Below, piece by piece: positions 13,971 through 25,350 of a stretch of 64,000 nucleotides of DNA. The notes below the pieces were generated by a model that was given only the letters and a program-made list of their open reading frames with translations, did no database searches and was not told the origin of the DNA. The position numbers and the translations under genes are program-made. Numbering within the stretch: position 1 is the first letter of the stretch; each line of letters begins with the position of its first letter. Source of the stretch: Vairimorpha necatrix (taxonomy: Eukaryota); NCBI GenBank assembly GCA_036630325.1, contig CP142726.1, positions 558,001 to 622,000 on the forward strand, written 5' to 3'.

Positions 13971-15120
13971 CAATAGGCTAAAGAATTTTTCTTGATCACA
14001 TCTAATCCATAAGATAAAACAATTAGTAAAAATTGCAGAAAATGAAAAACTTTACACAATTTTTTGTCAAAAGGAAGATAGGAGCTCATATGTCGGCCGA
14101 AAACAAGCTTTAAAGAATCAACTCGGATATATATGGTTTATTTAGTGTAGGAAATTTGGGGACACAAGTAACATAATAAAAGATTAATTACTAATTTAAC
14201 AGACATTAAAATAGTATGCACGAAACTATAGTAAGCATTAAAATGGAAAGAAGAAATTATACGGCGCAGTCGGCAATTGAAATCAATTATAAAATTCAAG
14301 CCCATAAGCTAATACTAGACAACGGAATGCTGTTATAAACAAGCATGTTGAACATTATCTAAAGAAGAATGGATAAGGCCCTTACATATTATAACAAATA
14401 CCCTAAGTTCAAATGATATATCATAGTCAGTAAAATGCACTCTTACATTCATAAAAATAATCGTGAAAGCTAAAATTTAATTACGCCTTCGAGATGTGCG
14501 AATAAATGTTCAACAATAACTTAATAGATCAATAAAATGTTTCCTAATGCTACGCTAAACGTCAAAGAGTACTAAATCTACTAGAGAGAGCAATACAAAT
14601 GCGTAATAAAAAACATTAACTACTAGCAAATTCAGGCAACGTCAGCAAAGTGTCTGTAAAAAATTAGCGGCCATGAAGTCAGACTCAAAGTAATTAAAAA
14701 AAAGAAAAATAACGCAGTTAGGATCTAAAGAAAAATAAGTAAGGGTTAAATGGATTCTTAAGTGGATACGCGTTAAGGGCATAAAACTTCAGATAGGTTA
14801 AAGTGGTTTTATCAACACCACAATTTAGTTTTTTTATCTAATTTATGATTTCTATTTAAAAAGGGCCCATTCGACCGGTCGAATGGTCTATTCCAAGAAT
14901 TAAGTATTTAAATTTATTTATTATTTACCCCATACAATACAATGCTAGACAAAGAAATAGACAACTAAAATTACCTTTGGGATTTAAGACCACGGAAAGG
15001 CCTCGACCAGACCAGACCCCCCCCCAAAAAAAAAAAACGAAAGAAAAAATGCACCTTAACCCAAAAAACGATTAACTTAATAAAACTGTTGTAGACTACG
15101 ATTCTACAACATTTAATTTT

Positions 15121-16235
15121 GGTACATGACCGTTTGGAATCCGCTTTGAAAATTTAAATAACCCCCCTTTCAAAAAATGGCAAGATTGACAAAAAACAAA
15201 TTTTGTTGAAGAAGATGAGCTTTTTAGTAGTGAAATGTTTTTAAACAGGAAAAAAATGAAAATTTTATTTTGGAAACATTTTATGATGCTGAGACAGCGT
15301 GTATCTTTCTGGCACGCAGTTCATTAATAAAAAACAACTTTTTTTGTACTGTATGCAGCTCTGAAAGGCAAATGAAATTTATTAGAAGAATAAGATTATT
15401 AGACAAATATGTTTGGAATTGCACAAAACCTTGTACGGCTTCTAAATCTGTCAGAAAAGACTCTATTTTTGGAAATACCAAATTAAGTTTTTATAAAATT
15501 ATAAGAATGATATATAAGTATATCAAAAGAGTTTCCTTTCTCGATATAGCAAATGATCTTGAGCTAGACAGAAATACCGTAAGTACATGTGGTATGCTCT
15601 GCAGAGATCGCATAATCGAGGAAGTGACCAATAATAGTCAGAGGTTAGGAGGTCGTGATGAATTCGGCATTCCTAAAGTAGTGGAGTTCGACGAGAGTCT
15701 ATTCTTTCGTGCCAAATATAATCGTGGCAATCATACCATAGGTCAGTGGTATGTAGGAGGAGTGGAAAGAGGTTTTAAAAAGGCCTTTCTCGTCCCTGTA
15801 GCTAGTAGAAATACTGCTACTCTTCTTGAGGTAATACAATATAATGTATTGCCTGGTTCTATTGTGATCAATGAAGAGCATATGATGCTGCATTTAGACA
15901 AATCACAGGGATGGAGCATTAAACTGTGAATCACACTATCAATTTCGTAAATCCTAATGATCCGAGACACATACTCAACAAATTGAAGGATTTTGGTCTC
16001 TTTCGAAGAGAGATATTCGGTCTAGACATGGAATAAACCAGGACGAGCACTATGAGTATCTTTTACAGTTTCTATGGTCTTATTAAATACCAAAAAACCA
16101 AAGAATTAATCGACTTCTTTCATTATTCAAAATAAATCGTTAAGTCTCTTTTTTTATAATTTTTTTTATTTTTCCTTTTTTAAAATTTTCAAAGAGGTTC
16201 ATTTTCCCAAAGCGGGTTCCAAACGGTCATGTACC
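15121..16235 (+). mobile_element. Merlin transposon, left-arm specific
   Basis: TIRs GGTACATGACCGTTTGGAA; 8-bp TSD TTAATTTT; ORF 15270-15929 with VEFDES..KYNRG; empty site at ~32852-32860. Confidence 0.95.
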
Positions 16236-17281
16236 TTAATTTTTTCCCCTTACCTGTCAAATCAATCATTGAATTTTCTAGAATTTTTTTACTATAAATA
16301 AAATTTTAGAAAGTAAGGGTACCGAAAGATGATGTAGAGACGAACACAAGGAGTGTTTAAGGATAGCGACAAAAGAGCTATTAAAGAGTCCAAAGGGACA
16401 TTTGAGAATAAAAATAAATATATTTATTCTATTTTCGAGTGGTATTTTATTACCGGGAGTGCTTCCCCAAAATACCACAAAAACTTCATCTTTCCTGTGT
16501 TGGCATTATAATTACGTCAAAATAATTTTAATATTTTCTACATTGGAAAATAACTATTAATATTGTCCAATCTCCTCGTCATAATTATTAATTATGACGA
16601 CCTTGTTAGGAGGAAATTTGATTTAAGTATTTAAAAAAAACAAATGTATAACTTTAAAGTATTACGCGGATTAAAAGACTCGCATATTATAGCGATTGCA
16701 AACCAACTAACCTTTTACATCTATAGTAAAGTTGTGAAAATTTTCTTGAATTGTGATAATATTTGTAATTTTAGAGTCTTAATGAAAAGGTCTTTTTATG
16801 CTAAAGGGCAATGCCCAGTTCTAATATCATTATATAAGGATTAAATTATTAAATGGTATTAAAGACTGTTTTCATATAGTCTTCGAGTTATTATATACCT
16901 TTCAAAATTCATAAGAATATTTCTAAGTTGTGTACCTGAAATATATGAGATTGACATATTACCAGCCTTTTATAGATATCTGATGTTTGCCATTTCTTCT
17001 AAGATCGTTAATGTGTGTATAAATACCTTCACTGATAGATAAATGTTGCACAGGATCAATAGTTGTTAAATCTACTTTAGTCTTAGTTGACGTCAATTGA
17101 ACTTGTGAATATATTAAAATATATTACAACAATTTTCATGTCAAGCCTGTTTTATGCTTAAAAACCAACTTTATTCTGTACGGCATTCAATATTATGTTT
17201 ACTGTGTAACATATGATATAAGTATATAATTTTATTTGAGAAAATAGAGCTTATTGACTGGAGTCAACTCTTCATTGTGTA

Positions 17282-18129
17282 TTATTGAATTGCCTATTTT
17301 TCTATATTTGCAATTATTACGATAATGGTAAAGCATATTGTCTTGTCTTCCAAATAGCTTTTTATATTTTGATCATTTACATTTAATTGGTTTAAGATCA
17401 GTGTGAATTAAGTAGTGTCTTTTTATTTGACTTATTGTTCGAAACTCCACATCGCAATCGGCTTTCGCACAACAAAACATTTTTACTCCATTTCTATCTA
17501 CGGTAGCAAACATGCTGTTTGGGAATTCTGAATAGCTTCTTATAAATTTTTCCTCTGTTGTTGCCAATTCTGCCTGGTTATCCTCGTCTACACTGTCTAA
17601 TGAGACATCGTCTTCTAAACGTGCTACACCTTCCCTTTTCTTTCTTGGTTTTTCTTCCGAGACATGCTTATCTGTATGGCAGAAGTATTTTGTTATCTAA
17701 AACTGGTTAGATCCCTACTTATTTGATCTATTTTCATTTTTCTCAATTTTTGTATAATTTTGCCTCGAATCTTAATCCATTCTTCTTCTAATATATCTTT
17801 TCCGCCCCAAGAATCTTTTAGCTTATTATATTCTTTTTGTGCTCCTTCTAAATATTCTAAAGGCACTTTGCTTTTTTTAAGTTTAGAACTTTCTTCTTCT
17901 GCTATTTCTCTTAAGTAATCTAGACCTGTTTTTTGGCTTCCTTCATGTGAATAGCCGTATGGTGGAGCCCTTTTCTGGTTACCATTTTCATGGTTTTGAT
18001 AAGACTTATTGACATTTTTTTCATTTCTAATATCACAATCAGAACTAGATCTGTCTTTAGCAAAAACATCGTCTGCCGTTTCTCCAGATTATTGAATTTC
18101 ATCCATTTGTCTGATTCTCTACTAGACAT
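17282..18129 (-). pseudogene. C2H2 zinc-finger protein pseudogene, left copy
   Basis: C-x4-C..F..IKRHYLIH plus TDLKP linker, then a stop, then a second finger remnant KLFGRQDNMLYHYRNNC; several stops/frameshifts upstream. Confidence 0.8.
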
Positions 18130-19213
18130 AGTATTTTCAATATTTTTTTTATTTTTATGTAAAAAAGGAGAAAAGGGGTCACTCCTCATATATTAGTAAG
18201 GCATATTTTTTAAATACCAATCACATTAAAAATTTTAGTATTTTTTATAAGTGTTAAATATGCAATATTATAACTTTTATGCTTTTATCATACATTTAAT
18301 GCTTGTGTGTTAAAACATAAATTTAATGCAAAAAATCAACTTTTTGATTAATACTCTGATATATAATTTATTCATTATAAGAATTCGTTTTTTTCACTCT
18401 TCACAATGTAGATATTATATAAACTAATATTGATTGTTGTAAAACATACTAAAAGTATATTTTGTGATGTTTTACTTATGCCATATAATTATACATGCAA
18501 ATGGATTTAATTCTACTGACCTTGAAAATTCTCCTTTAACTATATCAGGGGTTTCATTAGATACATTCTGGATCATTCAATCTAGGAAGTCATTTAAAAT
18601 ATAAAAAATTCTTTGTTTCGCAAGAACTGTTTTCATATAATAACAAAATATAAAAGCAATATTAAAAATTTTTAGCAAAAAAATTTCTATTTTATGAAAC
18701 ACGACTTAGTGCCCATTTTAAAGTTACAAATATTTTTAGTAATTTTCCATGATTGATAATAAATTGATCATTTAATTTTTTTTTCTTGATCATATTTTTA
18801 TTAGTCAACGGTATCTTATTGTATTACTAAAACTAGAAAAGTAAACCTGTCCTATAATAGTTATACACCATATTAAAGACTATTCGTAATGTTTATTTTT
18901 TAAAGTAAATTATAATTTTTCTAACCCTAGTTACAAATCATTACTCTTTATCAGATATCAAACTTTTCGTTACAAACTGGTCCAGACCGACCTGGTTATC
19001 ACAAATCATTGTCTCAAACACAGATATAAAAAGAAAAGTTTCTCAATAAATATGTAATTTTGTCCTTTCTCATCAACTCTTTTCAACAATAATTATATGT
19101 TATAAACAAGATAAAAACATAATAGACAATATGTAAAAATTATAAATAATTGTTATATATAATATAAACATGATACTGTAGGGACAATGCAAAGGCATAA
19201 ATCTAAAATAAGA

Positions 19214-20233
19214 GCGTCAAAAATCAGTGTAGTGTAAAAAAAATTACAGGGGTCAAATTTCTTAAAAAATAGCCCCTTTTTAAAAAAAGGAAAGGAAGAG
19301 GAAACTCTAGAAACAACATAAAACTTATATGTATATATAAATGTCATTGAATTAAGATTTAGATATATATAAAAAAATTTGAAAAACATAATTTCAATAA
19401 CGCTTCGTAGGTATCCTGACTCTCATTTCTCCAGATCATATAGAGAGTCAAATAAATCTCTGCAAGGTCATATGTCCTACATCTAATGAATCACATTATT
19501 TAAATGATTTTTTATATCCTTCAACGCTTTATGAACATCTATTTTATCGCTTAAATGTTTGTTTATGATTCACGGGTTTATGGTACCCATAATAGTCTTT
19601 CAAGGTTATATAGGCCATCCACATATCATGATTTTTAACAGATCTAAATTTCACGTGCTTACATAAGATCGAAAGCGATGTATCTTTTTTAATAATCACT
19701 AAAACTAACTTTCTTATTCGGCCCTTTCCATCATCTCGAAACACTAAAATAAAAACCTTTAACAATTTTCCCCCTGGTTATTTTTTACCAATAATATTTA
19801 TTCTATCTCTACAATAATCTCACGCCTCCTATCTGTCTTAGGTTATTCAAATAGTTGTCGTAAGTTTTTTATGTGCAATTGTTCTAAGATGTAACCTAAG
19901 TTTTGTACATATCGTCCTAACGCTCTCAAAATATGAGTTACTTTGTGTCCAAAATTCCCCATTTTGAAAGATTTTACATGCGTAGACGATCTTTCTCACA
20001 TTTGAAAATAAAGTATTTTTTCAAATTAGAAAAACATGCTTGTATGAAGGAAACTTGGATCTAGAATAAGCAGTTATATTTGATATTTAGAGGTATACCA
20101 AAAAAATTATATATTTTTGTTTATACTACTTGTTTAGTAGACGTGCGTAAAAATCTTCAATCACTTCATTACTTAGCATTCCTTTCCTCTTTTTAAAAAG
20201 GGCAATTTTATTACACTAATGCTGATTTTAGCC
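19214..20233 (-). mobile_element. Old Merlin relic present in both arms (left copy)
   Basis: ORF 19544-19765 has decayed ISXO2 motifs (DMWMAY, VNH); degenerate TIRs resembling those of 12957-13970. Confidence 0.7.
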
Positions 20234-20639
20234 ACAGGAGCTATTCTATGCATTGTGAGACTCTGTAGTAAAAAATTTTACAAGCACTATAGACTTGAAA
20301 TTTGATTAGATAATTTCTTAACAAGTACTCAAAATTGTCGCGAGTTCTTGACTATGTAAAGGCAGTTTTGCAGACTAAACACTCCATCCCAAAATTTCTT
20401 TATTCAAATAAAACGCAAATTTTCAATCATGTAATTTTGAATATAAAATCAGCATATTTTGACATCTTTCACGCAAAAAAAAACATTTTATTCTATAAAG
20501 TGTACTCTAATGCGTCTTTAATAGTGGTCTCATTGCCATCGAAACCATGTCTTTATTAAAAGGGGGTTCCGTTTTAAGTCTAACTTTTGCACCTCTATAG
20601 TCCTACTTTTCATTTAAGTTCTTTATTTTTTTAAAAAAT

Positions 20640-21000
20640 AAAAACCTTTTGTATACCTAGAAAAGCGATAACAATAGTCACAATGGGTTGCGCATTTTTA
20701 TCTTTCAAATGAATTAACGAGGAACTGAGAGTTTTAGGCATTCTTATGTTTTTTTGCCTTCACATTAACCACAGCTTAATAGTATTAAAGAATATTTTTT
20801 ATCATGAAATCGAGGCTTTGTGCTGTACGAAATTTTAGTAATAACATAGAAACAGATTTAAAACAATTCTAGAAAACGATTTAAGCTTCTCGTGCCATTA
20901 ATTCTACACGATAAAGGTATGATGCTAGAAACGGCAAGGCGAAACTTGAATTTATCTAATTTAATGAGATTGTATATTGTTTTGTATATATTTCCCTCTA
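20640..21000 (+). pseudogene. Tc1-like transposase C-terminal relic (mirror copy ~23750-24090)
   Basis: Translates to LPSH*PQLNSIKEYF, resembling the LPPYSPxLNPIE motif; boundaries approximate. Confidence 0.45.
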
Positions 21001-21704
21001 GTTCATTATATAACAAATGCTGGATAATTTTCAATTTTTTTCAATAAATGGATTTTAAAATGCAAAATTTTGCATTTTAATCATTTAAGAAGACACAGAA
21101 AATTAAGTTTATAATTTTACTAAGATTATAAAATTAAATTCCATACAAGAACATACAAAAAAAAACTTTTGAGATTACACAAGCAGCTACTTTATAATAA
21201 GAGGAATAAAGAGAAGAGATACACACGGCCCCCGTATTTAAGGGCGTACAATTTTTTCCGAACCTCAAAAATGAAATGCCAAAAAAGTAGAAGTAAGCAA
21301 ATAACAAAAATACTGACCATTTTCGATGACTAAAAAACTTAAAAGATAAATAAGAGGGATACATATAATTTTAAACATATTTGTTCTGTAATTGGCCCAA
21401 AGTAGTTGTTTTCATTTAACAATTTTTATAAATTTACTTAACTTTTTTTTATACAATGCCCTTAAAAATGATCTAGAACTAGAAAGAAGTCGAAGAAATC
21501 ATATGCAATAATAGAAATCGAAAACACCAATTAATCTGTTTATTTTGCGTTAGTATATAAAAATATTCAAAAAAACAAAAGAAACTCAAATGTTCGATGA
21601 GACTGTGAAGAAAAGAAACCATTTTAACAAACAGAAGGCCTTTTTAAAACTCAAAATTTCAATGGTTAAAAAAATATGTGTTACCTTTATCACTTGCGGC
21701 TTTA

Positions 21705-23025
21705 CAGGGATATAGTCGTTTTAGTGCCATGTTTGAATCGTTATAGTGCCATGTTTGAATTTCTATAGTGCCATGTTTAAATTTTTATAGTGCCATGTTT
21801 GAATTTCTATATTCCCATGTTTAAATTTCTATATTCCCATGTTTGAATTTCTATATTCGTATGTTTGAAATGCTATAGTGCCATGTTTGAACTTCTATAG
21901 TACCATAAAAAGTTGAAATTTAAAAATTTATAAAAAGTTTATTAAAATAAGTCTTCTTTTGGCTCTGGACTTTTCTTCCACTCCATCATATTTCTATAAA
22001 ATTCAGGACACAGGCGGCTAAAAATTAAACTCAAAACATTATTAAGACTTGTTTAAATTTGACTTTCTGCATTATGAAAAGATGAAAATCCTGCCTTGAG
22101 CATTGAAAAGAATTCTTCGATGGGATTGAATTGTGGAGAATAAGGAGGCTGAAATTTATGATTGATCTTAGACAGTTTAATTTTAGTAAAACTTCCCGTG
22201 AATGATGAAAACTAGCATTATCAAATATAAGAACTTTGCCCGGATTATTCCTAAAAAACATAGACATTTTTTTCTCCACAAAGTTCATAAAACTCTCAGA
22301 GTTATACGCTCCACGTTTAAACTCAAATGCCAATAATCCATTTATTTTAATTACGCACATGCAGCTGATATTTTGGCCGCGATTTGCTGGCACATTCTTA
22401 TAGGCTTTGGTGTTTTTCTATGAGTATTCGTAACTACGGGTCGAATGAGCGTTGAACCCAGTTTCATCAAGGAAAACTACGTTTTCAACAGAGTACCTAC
22501 TAATTTCAGATGCATAGATACTTCTTTTATTTAACTTGTCCAAAGAATTACGTTTAACAGGAATTAATGAAAGTCCTTTTCTTGTTATGCCTAGTTTTTT
22601 AAGTTTTTCAATATTGAAGATATGCTCAAATTTACTCCTGTTCGTGTATTTAGCTCGTCGCAAATTTCTTTCAAAGTCATATCATTTGCACAATCAACTA
22701 TGTTTTTTATAACACGCTCTGTGTTTGAAAATATTTCGCTTTCACCAAACTGCGGAAAAGGACCAACGGATTGATTGTGCTGTCTTTTTATGATAGATGC
22801 AACGGTTTTACGATGTAAACGAACCATCCTCGATATTTCAACCATCATCGTTTTTCATCTTTCGCTAACTTCAAAACTACATTTCTTAATTCAGTAGTTA
22901 TGGGTTTTCTTTCTTTTCTAACCATTAAGGGGCATAAAAAATGAAAATTTTTATAAATTTTTAAATTTTAACTTTTTATGGTACTATAGAAATTCAAACA
23001 TGGCACTATAGAAATTCAAACCTTG
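21705..23025 (-). mobile_element. Tc1/mariner (DDE_3, approx. DD34E) transposon at the palindrome centre, frameshifted
   Basis: ORF pieces 22591-22848 (HTH-like), FLDETGF, FDNASFHH and PYSPQFNPIEE; flanking TA at 21703-21704 and 23026-23027; ends CAGGG.. / ..CCTTG. Confidence 0.93.
21722..21906 (+). repeat. 22-bp tandem repeat in the Tc1 TIR (8 units plus a partial); about 2 units' worth inverted at 22978-23020
   Basis: Consensus TAGTGCCATGTTTGAATTTCTA, head-to-tail with no spacers. Confidence 0.95.
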
Positions 23026-25350
23026 TAAAGCCGCAAGTGATAAAGGTAACACATATTTTTTAACCATTGTGATTTTGAGTTTTAAAAACGCCTTCTGTTT
23101 GTTTAAAAGGTTTCTTTTCTTCACAGTCTCATCGAACATTTGAGTTTCCTTTTAGTTTTTTTGCATATTTTTATATACTAACGCAAAATAAACAGATAAA
23201 TTGGTGTTTTCGATTTCTATTATTGCATATGATTTCTTCGACTTCTTTCTAATTCTAGATCATTTTTAAGGGCATTGTATAAAAAAAAGGTGAGTAAATT
23301 TATAAAAATTGTTAAATGTAAATTATCTACTTTGGCACAATAACAGAACAAATATGTTTACAATTATATTTATCCCTCTTTTTTTATCTTTTAAGTTTTT
23401 TAGTCATTGAAAATGGTCAGTATTTTTGTTATTTGCTAATTTCTACTTTTTTGGAATTTCATTTTTGAGGTTCGAAAAAAAATTGTACGCCCCCAAATAC
23501 GAGGGCCGTGTGTATCTCTTCTCTTTATTCCTCTTATTATAAAGTAGCTGCTTGTGTAATCTCAAAAAAAAATTTTGTATGTTCTTGTATGGAATTTTAT
23601 TTTTTCTTAGTAAAATTATAAACTTCATTTTCTGGGTCTTCTTAAATGATTTTAACTGCTCATTTTGCATTATAAAATCCATTTATTGAAAAAAACCAGA
23701 ATTTGTTATATAATGAACTAGAGGGAAATATATGCAAAACAATATACAACTCTTTAAATGGGATAAATTCATATTTCTCCTTGTCGTTTCTAGCATCATA
23801 CCATAATCGTAAAAAATCAATGGCACGAGAAGCTTAAATCGTTTTCTAGAATTGTTTTAAATCTGTTTCTACGTTATTATTAAAATTTCGTACAGCACAA
23901 AGCCTCGATTTCATGATAAAAAAATATTCTTCATTTCTTTAAGCTGTGGTTAATATGAAGGCAAAAAACATAAGAATGCCTAAAACTCTCAGTTCCTCGT
24001 TAATTCATTTGATTGATAAAAATGCGCAACCCGTTGTGACTATTGCTCTCGCTTTTCTAGGTATACAAAAGATTTTTATTTTTTTTAAAATAATAAAGAA
24101 CTTGCATGAAAGTAGGACTATAGAGGTGCAAAAGTTAGACTTAAAATGCTTCTCCTTTTAATAAAGACATAGTTTCTATGGCAATGAGACCACTGTTAAA
24201 GATGCATCAAAGTACACTTTATAGAATAAAATCTTTTTTTGCGAGAAAGATGTCAAAATATGCTGATTTTATATTCAATATTACATGATTATAAATTTGC
24301 GTTTTATTTGAATGAAGAAGTTTTGGGATGGTGTGTTTAATCTGCAAAACTGCCTAGACATAGTCAAGATCTCGCGACAATTTTGAATACTTGTTAAGAA
24401 ATTATCTAGTCAAATTTCAAGTCTATAATGCTTGTAAATTTTTTACTACAGAATCTCACAATGCATAAAATAGAACTGTGAGAAAAAAAGCATTAGTGTA
24501 ATAAAATTGCCCTTTTTAAAAAGAGGAAAGGAATGCTAAGTAATGAAGTGATTGAAGAACTTTACGCACGTCTACTAAACAAGTAGTATAAACAAAAATA
24601 TATAAGTTTTTGGTATACCTCTAAAGTATCAAATATAGCTGCTTATTCTAGATCAAAGTTTCCTTCATACAAGCATGTTTTTGCTAATTTGAAATAATAC
24701 TTAATTTTCAAATGTGAAAAAGATCGTCTACGCATGTAAAATCTTCAAAATGGGAAATTTTAGACACAAAGTAACTCATATTTTGAAAACGTTAGGATGA
24801 TATGTACAAAACTTAGGTTACATCTTATAACAATTGCACATAAAAAACTTACGACAACTATTTGAATAACCTAAGACAGATAGGAGGCGTGAGATTATTG
24901 TAGAGATAGAATAAATATTATTGGTAAAAAATAACCAGGGGGAAAATTGTTAAAGGTTTTTATTTTAGTGTTTCGAGATGATGGAAAGGGCCGAATAAGA
25001 AAGTTAGTTTTAGTGATTATTAAAAAAGATACATCGCTTCCGATCTTATGTAAGCACGTGAAATTTAGATCTGTTAAAAATCATGATATGTGGATGGCCT
25101 ATATAACCTTGAAAGACTATTATGGGTACCATAAACCCGTGAATCATAAACAAACATTTAAGCGATAAAATAGATGTTCATAAAGCGTTGAAGGATATAA
25201 AAAATCATTTAAATAATGTGATTCATTAGATGTAGGACATATGACCTTGCAGAGATTTATTTGACACTCTATATGATCTGGAGAAATGAGAGTCAGGATA
25301 CCTACGAAGCGTTATTGAAATTATGTTTTTCAAATTTTTTTATATATATC

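Larger units (their letters stand above)
9190..15111 (+). mobile_element. Heavily decayed Ty3/Gypsy element with nested insertions; boundaries approximate
   Basis: gag fragment 10559-10756 resembles gag of the 25457 ORF; protease LIDTG (~11090), RNase H LKCDAS (~12440), C-terminal WIRVKGIK before a 3' LTR at ~14802-15111; diverged direct repeat at ~9190-9480 is the probable 5' LTR. Confidence 0.78.
5902..21935 (+). repeat. Left arm of large inverted duplication
   Basis: Collinear reverse-complement match to 22947-37097 after removing arm-specific insertions. Near-identical ORF pairs: 17373-17567/31528-31722 and 19544-19765/24947-25168. Outer boundary approximate. Confidence 0.93.

Noticed and set aside
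21722-21906. CRISPR array
   Set aside because: Units are contiguous with no unique spacers, no cas genes are present, and the repeats lie in a transposon TIR.
21705-23025. Palindrome as a simple read fold-back artefact
   Set aside because: Arms differ by many substitutions and by arm-specific insertions with proper TSDs; a fold-back read would give identical arms. A haplotype mis-join still needs read-level exclusion.
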